64,000 bases of DNA from a virus (lineage: Duplodnaviria > Caudoviricetes), in the IMG/VR virus record IMGVR_UViG_3300025789_000018; one strand, written 5' to 3'. Position 1 is the stretch's first letter. The number at the start of each line of letters is the position of its first letter. Shown piece after piece: positions 47,992 to 57,746 of this stretch. The notes under the pieces were generated by a model that saw nothing but the letters and a program-made list of their open reading frames with translations, had not been told where the DNA came from and did not search any database. A program made the translations under genes and the position numbers.

Positions 47992-50430
47992 TTATACGCC
48001 CCAGAGAAGACCAATATCTTCCCATCCATATGACCAGCAAGAAACTGTACCACCAGTAGCGCTAGAGATATACTGGATTTGTCCGGATGTATTAGTTAGA
48101 ATATCTGGTTCAGCAACACCATTTGCGCCGGTTGTATCATACCCGTAATTGCTATTGAATGCTGATGCGCTAGTCGTCACATCATCCATTGAACCAATTG
48201 ATGTGTTTACAGTACCACCATTCCATTTTGTTCTTGGTTTGACGCGAACACCAGTAGGAACGCTTGATAGTGTTTTTGTTGTGGCGCTAGTAGCAGAAGC
48301 TACAGCGTTTAATTCGTGGACTGGAGTACCAAGAATGAAACGATTAAATCTCTGAGTAAACATTACCCAATTTGATGATGCATCTGTGTACAGAGATGCT
48401 ATTCTTACATAATATCCTGAAGAATATCCAGAAGGCATAGATGGCGAGGATGCGCTTAAAGAACATATAAAATCGCCCCCAGATAGATCACTTTTGCATA
48501 TTGCATAGATATGATATGTTGTGCTGGCAGAAACAGAACCTGTATCAAGCAGGCCTCCAATTGCGCCAGCAGACCAGTTAGAAGCGATGGTTTTGCTGGA
48601 CATAGCAGCCACAGAAATAACCACTGCCGCAGTACTATCTGGCATTTTATATGTAGTAAAATCTAGAAGTTTTGATGCTGATGCGTGGTTAGAAACAACA
48701 CCTAGTCTTGGAGCACCTCCTCCTCCTGTCCCAGCAGGACCCTGCGCTCCCGTAGCCCCAGTCGCTCCAGAGAACGTGACTACTGCGCCAGATGACAAGG
48801 TCGTGCCGTTGGAACTAACAGCATTGAGCGTGATGCTACCAAAAGAAGAAGAAGTTACCTTTCCTTGAGCCCAATTTGTTCCGTCTGTAGCATAAGCGTA
48901 AGAGCCAACAGGAAACGCAGTACTGTCGTTGACGGAAATCGACATAGAAGTGGAAATTGTTGAGTTCGTTGTACTCGTTGTAGATCCGCGCCCGTCATTA
49001 CCAGAGGGTCCAGTTGCTCCTTGCGGCCCTGAGAATGTTACGATAGCATTTGAACTAAGTGTTGTTCCAACTGAAATATATCTATTTACTGTAACAGAAT
49101 TAAAACCACTAATACTAGTGACCTTACCTTGAAGAGAATCTGTTCCGTCGGTTGCATATACAAAGGTACCAACAGGAAAGGCTGTGTTATCTAAAACAGG
49201 TAATGTTGTATTCTGAACAAGACTAACAGATGCTGTGGTTGTAGTTGTTCCGTGGCCGGTCGCTCCTGTAGTACCTTGCGGTCCCATATTTCCTTGAGGC
49301 CCGATTCCACCACATGGTTGTAATACTATGCTTCCGCTACTATAATTAATAGTGCCACATGATATATTTGTTACTGTCAATATTCCTGCAGGATAATTAC
49401 CACTAAAAATAACATTAGTAATTAAAATATACCCAACTACATATGGAGAAGACCCAGTAGCATCAATAAACTGTGCATACGATCCAGTATTAAAACTTCT
49501 CACATCATCAACAGAAATAGTAGTTGTTGCTCCGTTTCCTGAAAACGCCACAGGAAATCCTGTCACGTTACCAAAACAGTCAGCGCCTTTGGTGCCATTA
49601 GTCCCAGGATAACCAGAGAACCCTACAACCGTGCCTGATGGTATTGTGTTTCCTGAGCTTGATGATCCTGAATATATTCTTGTAACAACTAAGCTATTTG
49701 TCCCGCCACCAGAAATGATAACACCATACATTGATGGTGAACCAGGTATATAAACATAAGCACCATTTGAATAAGAAGTACCATTAGCAACATCTATTAC
49801 AACTGATGAATTAATAGCAGGAACTACAAACGAAGCAGTAGTATAAGTGACACCAACAGGAGCAGGAATCATTCCATTACTTATACGGACTTGGAATTGT
49901 CCTGCAAGAGTAACAGAAATAGAAACAATATCTGTTACTCCAGGTGTTACGCTCAAAGCATCACCAATACGAGTTACGAAGTTTGTTGGGTTTCCGCCTG
50001 TACCGAAAGATATAGCATGACTGCCTACACTATCTTGTGTGACAAATATATCAATTTGTGTTCCAGGATTAAACGTAAGAGGGTCAGGAAAATTTATATC
50101 ACCTGTTGCTGTTAATTCATAAATTTGATTTTGTGTGTACGATATACTGGTTAATGGAATAACACCAGATACACTACCTAAAGAGATCGGAGTGCCGCCA
50201 GAAGATCCTGATACAGAAGACCAGTATACGTTTCCAGCTCCATTTGATGTAAGTACTTGCCCTGAAGATCCTATGCTACCTTTAGAATCGTATATTACAG
50301 AATTTTTGGGCAAACTTATTGCTGAAAATGTTGAATTTCCTGTAACTGCCATATTTCCATTGACATACAGTTTTAAATTACTCTGTAAAAGATAATTGTA
50401 TTTATTAAGAAATTCTGAAATACCTGCCAT
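47992..50430 (-). CDS. Fibre protein with collagen-like (Gly-X-Y) segments
   Basis: GPQGNMGPQGTTGATG, GPQGATGPSGNDG and GATGATGAQGPAG alternate with repeated beta modules. Confidence 0.75.
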   Translation of the reverse strand: MAGISEFLNKYNYLLQSNLKLYVNGNMAVTGNSTFSAISLPKNSVIYDSKGSIGSSGQVLTSNGAGNVYWSSVSGSSGGTPISLGSVSGVIPLTSISYTQNQIYELTATGDINFPDPLTFNPGTQIDIFVTQDSVGSHAISFGTGGNPTNFVTRIGDALSVTPGVTDIVSISVTLAGQFQVRISNGMIPAPVGVTYTTASFVVPAINSSVVIDVANGTSYSNGAYVYIPGSPSMYGVIISGGGTNSLVVTRIYSGSSSSGNTIPSGTVVGFSGYPGTNGTKGADCFGNVTGFPVAFSGNGATTTISVDDVRSFNTGSYAQFIDATGSSPYVVGYILITNVIFSGNYPAGILTVTNISCGTINYSSGSIVLQPCGGIGPQGNMGPQGTTGATGHGTTTTTASVSLVQNTTLPVLDNTAFPVGTFVYATDGTDSLQGKVTSISGFNSVTVNRYISVGTTLSSNAIVTFSGPQGATGPSGNDGRGSTTSTTNSTISTSMSISVNDSTAFPVGSYAYATDGTNWAQGKVTSSSFGSITLNAVSSNGTTLSSGAVVTFSGATGATGAQGPAGTGGGGAPRLGVVSNHASASKLLDFTTYKMPDSTAAVVISVAAMSSKTIASNWSAGAIGGLLDTGSVSASTTYHIYAICKSDLSGGDFICSLSASSPSMPSGYSSGYYVRIASLYTDASSNWVMFTQRFNRFILGTPVHELNAVASATSATTKTLSSVPTGVRVKPRTKWNGGTVNTSIGSMDDVTTSASAFNSNYGYDTTGANGVAEPDILTNTSGQIQYISSATGGTVSCWSYGWEDIGLLWGV

Positions 50431-50433
50431 CTA

Positions 50434-51501
50434 TTAATTCCCCAAATACATATATCCTGATGCTACATCATATTGTGTATTGCTTGTTCTAAATTGATCA
50501 ACTTGTTCCATATATATATCGTAATTTGAAGTAACGCTATTGAAAAAATTGGTCGGAGAAGATGTATCAAATGAAACACTCAAAGATGGCCCCATGATAC
50601 TTTGTAGAGTATCATGCGTTGTCTGTATTTGTGTTAATGCGCTAGAAACAGTATTACTCGATCTATCAAATACATCTTGAAACGATGATGTTAAGATTCT
50701 TTGGACTTCTGCAACAACAGGATCATGAAATGTTGTCAGATAGTTAACAGAAGGACTAAAATTAGGATCAGTTGGACTTGTTATTGTAGAATCGCCATTT
50801 GCGCTTACTGTTGATGCAATGGCAAGACTACCAGATAACGAAGGGTTTCCTTGAGAATCTTTAGCTAGTCCAGTAGCGATAACAGTTGGCGGAAGCTGTC
50901 CTGCTTTTATTGCATTAACTGCAGCTTGGCCTTGATCTGCTGGAATACCTAGAGCTCCAGAAATGGCAGAAGATTCTATAGCAGAAAGAAGGGTTGATGT
51001 GTTACCTAGAGCTTTAATGCTATATTCTACTTGAGCAATATATGATGTTATAGAATTTAGAGCATTTTCTATTTGCCCAAGAGTAGATTTTTCAATTCTA
51101 TTAACATATTTCTTTTCAAGTGCAATTGCGCAAGCAGAGATTTTAGGAGCAGCACTAGAAATAGCAGCAATTAAATCTTGCATAGCTTGTATATACATGA
51201 TAATCATCATAGCGTACATGATATACGCTTTGTACTGAGGAAGAGCAGTTCCAAATACTAATTTCGATATCCATTTAACAATGGAAAATGGATCAGGAGA
51301 AGGAATAGTCATAATCGGTATAATTTTTTGCAATTGATCTTTCATCTCATCACCGATCCCGTCTATATGGTCGATAAGAGATTTAAGATGTTCTTTAACT
51401 AAAAGTTCTAAAGCAGCGCAATCAGTAGTTTTTTGTATCTGTTTTGTGATATCTTTTATGTGGTCTAAATTAGCAACCACAGATCCCATCGCAATACTCA
51501 T
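50434..51501 (-). CDS. Hypothetical protein downstream of gp5
   Basis: 355-aa ORF with a helical, hydrophobic N-terminal half; no recognised motif. Confidence 0.6.
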   Translation of the reverse strand: MSIAMGSVVANLDHIKDITKQIQKTTDCAALELLVKEHLKSLIDHIDGIGDEMKDQLQKIIPIMTIPSPDPFSIVKWISKLVFGTALPQYKAYIMYAMMIIMYIQAMQDLIAAISSAAPKISACAIALEKKYVNRIEKSTLGQIENALNSITSYIAQVEYSIKALGNTSTLLSAIESSAISGALGIPADQGQAAVNAIKAGQLPPTVIATGLAKDSQGNPSLSGSLAIASTVSANGDSTITSPTDPNFSPSVNYLTTFHDPVVAEVQRILTSSFQDVFDRSSNTVSSALTQIQTTHDTLQSIMGPSLSVSFDTSSPTNFFNSVTSNYDIYMEQVDQFRTSNTQYDVASGYMYLGN

Positions 51502-51511
51502 TTATATTCCT

Positions 51512-52327
51512 TTATGATTTTGCTATATTGGTTATTATACCATCATGGACGCTTATCATTTTTCCTGTAATATCGGTAAAGGTGCCTGAAGCACCAACAG
51601 TAGTAGCAAGAGAGCCAACAGCAGTTAATCCTCCATGAGGAAGAGTAACCCCTCCTGGAGCATTCAAAGTTATACCTTCTGCCGCAGTCATTACGATACT
51701 TTTGCCAGAAGTTATACTTACATTACCTTGAACATAAACAGTATGGTCTTTGACCATAACTTCAATATTGTCACCAACAGTTTTTTTAACAAATTGTCCA
51801 TCTTTATTTATTTCAATATAAGTACCACTTTTGTGATATATTCTTATTCTTTCGTTGTCTTTGGTGTCATCAAGTTCGATAACATGACCGGACAATGTCT
51901 GAGTTACATTATTATAAGGGTATTTTGCGGCAAATGAAGAGGCAGGTTCAGGACCAACCAGATTATCTTGGATGGTGTTCTTGCCTCTAGATAATCCTGA
52001 AAGCTCATTACCAGTATCTTTACCGCCAACAAGTTTAGCGTAAGTTCCCCAGATAAAGGGCATGTTTTTTTCATTGCCATCAGCAAAGAAGCCAAATACT
52101 ACAGCGCCATTTTTTAATGCCGGAGTTTGATTTGTTCCTGCTACACCACCTGATGTTGTTGGTAGAAGTGGAATAGCCCAACGCAATTCTTCAGTGCTTA
52201 CGTCATTTCTTGAGTGTTCGTTAATTACTCTTACTTTAACACGCCCAAGTTGCTTAGGATCATTAAAATCTTCAACAGTACCAATAAACCATCTTAAGCC
52301 TTCTTCGCCTAAATGCTGAGTAGTCAT
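51512..52327 (-). CDS. 5: Baseplate hub spike, gp5-like (OB-fold plus beta-helix, no lysozyme domain)
   Basis: WFIGTVEDFNDPKQLGRVKVRV, VFGFFADG, YPYNNVTQTLSGHVIELDDT, RIYHKSGTYIEI; only 271 aa. Confidence 0.88.
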   Translation of the reverse strand: MTTQHLGEEGLRWFIGTVEDFNDPKQLGRVKVRVINEHSRNDVSTEELRWAIPLLPTTSGGVAGTNQTPALKNGAVVFGFFADGNEKNMPFIWGTYAKLVGGKDTGNELSGLSRGKNTIQDNLVGPEPASSFAAKYPYNNVTQTLSGHVIELDDTKDNERIRIYHKSGTYIEINKDGQFVKKTVGDNIEVMVKDHTVYVQGNVSITSGKSIVMTAAEGITLNAPGGVTLPHGGLTAVGSLATTVGASGTFTDITGKMISVHDGIITNIAKS

Positions 52328-53601
52328 TATATCGCCTCCTGATATTCGCCTTTAATCAATTCCATACTGCACGTATACAATCTCTGCTTATCAAAGGTTA
52401 TAATGTGTCTCAGTTTAGACACTAGATAATTGCCGGAAATAAGTCTGTTATATTGTGTTTGATCTGTTGTACCAGTCATTCTCGGTAGGTTGACTTTAAT
52501 AACATCACCTACTGTTATCTCAGAATCGCCATACACATGAATCTGAAACAGATTTTGAATAATCTTATTGACAAAAGCTCTTTTTGGACCTAAAGCATCA
52601 GCAATATAATTTTCAGGAAACTCACTACTTGTTGGCACTAGCATCGAAAGACCTTCTTTATCGTCTCCGTATTGCTTTTCAAAACTTGTGCTATTTAATC
52701 CAGCAGAACTATTTTTATCAGAAATAGATTTAAACTTGTCTTGCTGATCAATATTTACATAATGATTTTCTGTTATAGCGCCTGTAAGAATATCAAACTT
52801 TCTGACTGTATTTTGTATACCACCAGAGTTTAACTTAGAAGCTGTATCGAATGTGCTAACATTCTTCATACCGAGAATATTTCTATATCTTATAGCGGCA
52901 GTTTCTGTTACTGGTTTAGAGTCATAATAGAAAACCTTATCGCCGATTTTATCTTTACCTTGGTCGAAAAGATACTCTACTGTACAGAAATTATATCCTC
53001 TTTTATTTTCAAAAAACACATAAGATGATGAGTAGTATTTTTGAGAAGCAGCTCTTCTTCTGACAAAGTCAACAACCTGAAACGGAGCAAGTCTAGAAGG
53101 AAACACATCTTGTGGTCCCTTTGATGGCTCAGAGTGGTAGTTTTTCTTTGATCCGATATACTTTGTGTTTCTAAGCATATCAGAAACAATACCTTCGCAT
53201 GTACCTTGAAGTTTGGTCGTCACCACTCTTGATGCGTTTCTTAGATACTCTTCGCTACAGCATTTAAGAGTATAGGTTTTGTATTTGCCTGTAAGATTTG
53301 TTGTCGCTTGAGTTGCTGACTGAAGATAGAGTTTATATGTGTTGAATTGTAGAGAGTCAAAACCTGCAGTTCTAAATGAAATCTCTACAAACTCTTCACC
53401 AATTAAAGGAAATTGTGACTGTAGATCAGCAGAATCTTGAATTTGAATTTCTGCGTAAATTACAGGAGAAAGAAGATCTTCATAGATGTTTATAGAAGTT
53501 GTTGTAGCGATTAAAGAAATAGAACGCTTACCATCAGCAGAACTTAACTGTAGCTTTTGTATTTCTACTGAACCGTCTCTTGGGCTTGTATCTGATGCCA
53601 T
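52327..53601 (-). CDS. Baseplate hub protein, gp27-like
   Basis: Between gp53 and gp5; NIYEDLLSP, YVFFENKRGYNF, VYGDSEITVGDVI, SGNYLVSKLRH. Confidence 0.75.
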   Translation of the reverse strand: MASDTSPRDGSVEIQKLQLSSADGKRSISLIATTTSINIYEDLLSPVIYAEIQIQDSADLQSQFPLIGEEFVEISFRTAGFDSLQFNTYKLYLQSATQATTNLTGKYKTYTLKCCSEEYLRNASRVVTTKLQGTCEGIVSDMLRNTKYIGSKKNYHSEPSKGPQDVFPSRLAPFQVVDFVRRRAASQKYYSSSYVFFENKRGYNFCTVEYLFDQGKDKIGDKVFYYDSKPVTETAAIRYRNILGMKNVSTFDTASKLNSGGIQNTVRKFDILTGAITENHYVNIDQQDKFKSISDKNSSAGLNSTSFEKQYGDDKEGLSMLVPTSSEFPENYIADALGPKRAFVNKIIQNLFQIHVYGDSEITVGDVIKVNLPRMTGTTDQTQYNRLISGNYLVSKLRHIITFDKQRLYTCSMELIKGEYQEAI

Positions 53602-53604
53602 AGT

Positions 53605-54522
53605 TTATTTGCTCAACAGTAATGTAAGTTGATTCGAAATATCATTTCTTCTTGTTTTATCAATCAAGAACATCTTTCTTTTGTTTTCATTCTTACTGAA
53701 TTCATAGTCATAGAAACTTTGAGGTGCCCAATAGATATCTTCATTAGCTGTAATATTTCTTTGAATATTATTACCACCGTTAGCAATAGTGTCATCCACA
53801 ACTGGCTGTATTGTTGCAGTTGCTCCGCTAATACTACCTTGAATTTCGCTATAAGCAAAGTTGCCAAAAACATCTTGAACAGTCAAAACAGAATTGGTTG
53901 AGTCAATTGTTTTGATAACAGCTGATATACCCGAAGATGCTGACGAAATGATATTTGTGCTGTTATAATATGCTATCTGATTTATGGTTTCTCCAACAAC
54001 AAAGGTATTAGATCCGTTGTTATAAGAAAACGGAACTGTGCATACTCTATTTGTTGTTATGTAGTCGTCCACCCTTTTGCGCGCGTACGAAAAGGTTCTA
54101 TTGGTATTATCGCTGATAGGATTCCAGTATTTCTTTACTTCTCCAGGAAGAGAATCGTATCCGACTTGGTCTAATACTCTAAAATCATTTTCCCAATTAG
54201 TTTTCCACGAATGGATATTAGATTGAGCATTCTCAATCGATCCATACTTTTTGATGATAAATTCATTGAAGTCTTCAGGCGATAATAGAAACCCATAATA
54301 CGGATCCAGAGTTTGGTTTGTATGATAGATTAGCCAAGAAAAGTCAGGATCATTATAGTAGTCATACGAAAGATTGTCGATTCTTTCATAATCTTTCATC
54401 GTATATGGATAATAAACCAAAATGTTCTTTTTAGAAACATCGTTGAAGTTCACTCTTGCCATTATGTTTCTGGCAATTTGTCCATTATATGTTATCGTTG
54501 GGAATTTTGTAAAATACTGCAT
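53605..54522 (-). CDS. 53: Baseplate wedge protein, T4 gp53
   Basis: MQYFTKFPTITY, ERIDNLSYDYYNDPDFSWLI, YEFSKNENKR. Confidence 0.88.
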   Translation of the reverse strand: MQYFTKFPTITYNGQIARNIMARVNFNDVSKKNILVYYPYTMKDYERIDNLSYDYYNDPDFSWLIYHTNQTLDPYYGFLLSPEDFNEFIIKKYGSIENAQSNIHSWKTNWENDFRVLDQVGYDSLPGEVKKYWNPISDNTNRTFSYARKRVDDYITTNRVCTVPFSYNNGSNTFVVGETINQIAYYNSTNIISSASSGISAVIKTIDSTNSVLTVQDVFGNFAYSEIQGSISGATATIQPVVDDTIANGGNNIQRNITANEDIYWAPQSFYDYEFSKNENKRKMFLIDKTRRNDISNQLTLLLSK

Positions 54523-54524
54523 GA

Positions 54525-55712
54525 TTAGGTGTTTACACCTCCGCTTACAAAGGTTCTAAGATCACTGAGAGCATTTACCAATCCTTTTTCAGATTGCGCA
54601 AAATTAGTTCCAGAAGTTGCTCCATATGCTTCAGCAGTAAAGTATTCAATTTCTTGAAGAGACATACTTAATTGAATAGCAAAAGGACTAGCATCTTTGT
54701 AGAATGCAGGAGAACCTAGCGGAGAATAGTTCACAGTAAATCTATTACACACACAAAGTTTAAATTTGTACAGAGGTTTTCCATTTGTGATAATTTGTGG
54801 TTGTATCATAAAAGGATAATCTAGCAGATTTGCCACTTGACTACTATCAGCTGTTGGTAGAGTTTTCTTTCTAATTTCATTGATAATAGTAGCTAATTGA
54901 GCACCTTCAGCTTGATTAGAAGGAACAAATGTCCAGTTAAAGCTATGTTCTCTGAGAGAAATTCCCTGAAAGAAAACTGACGGATGTGGATTGGGTACTA
55001 CTCCAGTAAACTGACCTAACGTACCTGCAGCACCGTCATCTAAACTATTAAGAGTAGCTGCACCGAAAGCATATATGTCTGCTGTTGCCTTCTGACCACC
55101 ATTCGTTTTATCACCATAAAAACGTTTATATGTTTGTTTTATGTTGCCTTTATCCTTAATTGTCTGGGCAATCTGCTCAGCAAGAATACCTTCTGCACCA
55201 AGCTCCTTTGTTGTATAGTTTATAGACTGGCCTTCTACCAACTCATTCGGAATAGGAAGAATGATAGTTGACGCAACATCAAACTTCGTAGGAGATAGCG
55301 GAGAAGGTCTTGAGTATTTTGAAAAAGCCAGCTGGAAGAAGTATTTGTCAGGCAAATCAAGAGGATATCTAAGAACTTTACTTCCTGCAGTATCGCTTTT
55401 AGAATTTTCAACGGCAGATTGCGGCGCGATAGAACTCAGATAAGTTTCTGTGTCTGGGAGATTTCTTAAAGAAGAAATGGCATCAAGAGAAGCTCTAGCA
55501 GCAGAACCTGAGAAAAATTGCTGATCGCCGCCAGCAGTTAAGTTATCGACTTGAGATGCCCCTTGACTAGTCATAGTGCTAGTAGATGCTCCCGCAGAAG
55601 CGAAGCCACCAAATAACCCATTCAACACCGAAGTAATCCCGCTACTAACTCCAGTAGCTATTTGCCCAATAGGTGTTTTATTTGTGATAAAATTTAATGG
55701 GTCTATGGCCAT
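54525..55712 (-). CDS. 48: Baseplate tail-tube cap, T4 gp48
   Basis: LRYPLDL, ILPIPNEL, NPHPSVFFQGISLREHSFNWTF, IQLSMSLQEIE; first ATG at 55712. Confidence 0.82.
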   Translation of the reverse strand: MAIDPLNFITNKTPIGQIATGVSSGITSVLNGLFGGFASAGASTSTMTSQGASQVDNLTAGGDQQFFSGSAARASLDAISSLRNLPDTETYLSSIAPQSAVENSKSDTAGSKVLRYPLDLPDKYFFQLAFSKYSRPSPLSPTKFDVASTIILPIPNELVEGQSINYTTKELGAEGILAEQIAQTIKDKGNIKQTYKRFYGDKTNGGQKATADIYAFGAATLNSLDDGAAGTLGQFTGVVPNPHPSVFFQGISLREHSFNWTFVPSNQAEGAQLATIINEIRKKTLPTADSSQVANLLDYPFMIQPQIITNGKPLYKFKLCVCNRFTVNYSPLGSPAFYKDASPFAIQLSMSLQEIEYFTAEAYGATSGTNFAQSEKGLVNALSDLRTFVSGGVNT

Positions 55713-55722
55713 CAAAAATCCT

Positions 55723-55730
55723 TATAAATA
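55723..55730 (+). promoter_or_regulatory. T4 late promoter TATAAATA (gp4-gp2-gp54 block)
   Basis: Exact motif on the plus strand. Confidence 0.8.
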
Positions 55731-55750
55731 TCGTATAATCGTCGGTATCT

Positions 55751-55758
55751 TATTTATA
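55751..55758 (-). promoter_or_regulatory. T4 late promoter TATAAATA (gp48 block)
   Basis: Exact motif on the minus strand. Confidence 0.8.
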
Positions 55759-55772
55759 TCAAAGATCTAAGG

Positions 55773-56228
55773 ATGTGTATGGCAACGACTTACAAAGGAA
55801 GATTTACGCCGAAGAATATTGAAAAATACAAAGGCGATCCTACGAATATCGTGTATAGAAGTCTTTGGGAAGTCAAATTTATGCAATTCTTAGACGCTAA
55901 TCCTGATATAATTGCTTGGGCTTCTGAAGAATTCTCGTTGGTATATTTAAGTCCTGTTGATGGAAGGCTGCATAAGTATTTCCCTGATTTTTGGATAAGA
56001 AAAATAAACAAAGAAACAGGCAGAGAAGAATGTGCAGTTATTGAAATTAAGCCAAAGAAACAAACAAAACCGCCTGTGATGCCAAAAAGAATTGGTCGCA
56101 GATACATTAATGAAGTACAAACGTATGCTGTAAATCAAGCCAAGTTTGAAGCGGCAGATAAATTTTGTAGCGAAAGAAACTGGAAATTTATGGTGTTAAC
56201 CGAAGACGAGTTAGGAATCAAATACTAA
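55773..56228 (+). CDS. 4: Head completion protein, T4 gp4 (TnsA-like fold)
   Basis: YKGRFTPKNIEKYKGDPTNIVYRSLWE, YFPDF, IEIKP, NQAKFEAA; the true start may be ATG 55779. Confidence 0.92.
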   Translation: MCMATTYKGRFTPKNIEKYKGDPTNIVYRSLWEVKFMQFLDANPDIIAWASEEFSLVYLSPVDGRLHKYFPDFWIRKINKETGREECAVIEIKPKKQTKPPVMPKRIGRRYINEVQTYAVNQAKFEAADKFCSERNWKFMVLTEDELGIKY

Positions 56229-56824
56229 TGTCTGTACCTCATTTTGACTTTATCCTTGCGCAAGGATTAAGAAAAGGTCATATCCCAAACAAAACCAAAG
56301 CTGCTAGAGATTGGTACAGAGAACGCGCAGCCAAAGTTCCTCGTGTAAGCGAACAAAATTTAATCAGAGGTAAAGTTGACGATTGGACCAAAAAGCCTCT
56401 CATCGGCAACATGTACATGTTTAAATATGATCCAAAATTAAAGAATGAACTGCCATATTATGATGTGTTTCCACTAATCTTTCCTATTGGGCCAGCAGAT
56501 GGTGGGTTTCTTGGGTTAAATATGCACTATCTTCCTCTAAACTATAGAGCCAAACTTATGGATGCTCTATATCAGACGACGAACAACAAAACGTTTGACG
56601 AGACAACTAAACTAAAAATAAATTACAGTATACTGAAAAAAGCAACAGTAATGAACTACTATAAGCCATGTATCAAACATTATTTGTTTGGTCATGTAAG
56701 ATCTAATTTTATCTACATGAAGCCTGAAGAATGGGATATTGCTTTATTCTTACCAACCGCAAGATTCATGAAGGCCACAGAAAAACAAGTCTGGGCTGAC
56801 AGCAGAAAACTCATAAGAGGATAA
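56228..56824 (+). CDS. 2: DNA end protector protein, T4 gp2
   Basis: YDPKLKNELPYYDVFPL, FLGLNMHYLP, CIKHYLFGHVRS. Confidence 0.92.
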   Translation: MSVPHFDFILAQGLRKGHIPNKTKAARDWYRERAAKVPRVSEQNLIRGKVDDWTKKPLIGNMYMFKYDPKLKNELPYYDVFPLIFPIGPADGGFLGLNMHYLPLNYRAKLMDALYQTTNNKTFDETTKLKINYSILKKATVMNYYKPCIKHYLFGHVRSNFIYMKPEEWDIALFLPTARFMKATEKQVWADSRKLIRG

Positions 56825-56825
56825 A

Positions 56826-57728
56826 ATGGCAGACACTCCTTCTACTTTACTAACAATACCTCCAGGTCAAATTACCACACAAAATGGATTTGACATAAAT
56901 GGGTTTTATTCAACTGTCAGCGGATATTCTGGTGTTCTTAAGAATAACCTGTTTTTGACTACATTTAGAATACCAACTGGAACATTATCTGCTGCGATAC
57001 CAACAGATCCTAATAATGTAAAACTATTATCTTATTATATTCAAGCAACAGAACTTCCTGGAGTTGCTATGGCGTCAGCAGATGCTGTAAGAAGATATGG
57101 ATATGGACCAACAGAAAAGTATGCGTTTTTGCCTGTGTTCAATGACATAACATTGAATTTTATCGTTGATGGATCGGGGTATAATAAGAGATTTTTTGAC
57201 TCTTGGTTAAATCTTGTTGTAAACTTTGACAGTAGTCGTGGATTTAATAACAAAGCGGAAAATGGCGCTTCTGTATATGAAATTGAATATAAAGACAATT
57301 ACATAACTGAACTTGACATATTTGTCTACAATGAGTTAAATCAGACTATTTTGGTATACACACTACTTGACGCTTTCCCAATAGCAACAGCAGGAACTCC
57401 AGTTAATTGGGGATCGCAAAACGAATTAATGTCTCTTGGTGTAACCTTTACTTACAGAGACTGGTTTGTAAATGAAACAAAAATGGATAGAGATGCCGCG
57501 CTGTATCAGGCCAACAAATCTTTAAATGAACAACTGAACAAACAAATATCACAAATAAATAATTTTAACCCAATAGCACAATTGTCTACACCGCCTACCA
57601 CTGAGCAAATAAAGAGTTTGCTTAATAATAATTTTTCATCACCACCAAGTGGCGGACAGTTTAATTTATTAAACAGCCAAACATTTGATGGTATAGTTTC
57701 TTTACCTGAACTTCCATTTACCACATAA
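56826..57728 (+). CDS. 54: Baseplate tail-tube initiator, gp54-like
   Basis: gp19-like ELPG...YGPTEKY, FFDSWLNLV, EYKDNY, LLDAFPIA, VTFTYRDW. Confidence 0.78.
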   Translation: MADTPSTLLTIPPGQITTQNGFDINGFYSTVSGYSGVLKNNLFLTTFRIPTGTLSAAIPTDPNNVKLLSYYIQATELPGVAMASADAVRRYGYGPTEKYAFLPVFNDITLNFIVDGSGYNKRFFDSWLNLVVNFDSSRGFNNKAENGASVYEIEYKDNYITELDIFVYNELNQTILVYTLLDAFPIATAGTPVNWGSQNELMSLGVTFTYRDWFVNETKMDRDAALYQANKSLNEQLNKQISQINNFNPIAQLSTPPTTEQIKSLLNNNFSSPPSGGQFNLLNSQTFDGIVSLPELPFTT

Positions 57729-57746
57729 TATATCAGGAGATTTGAT

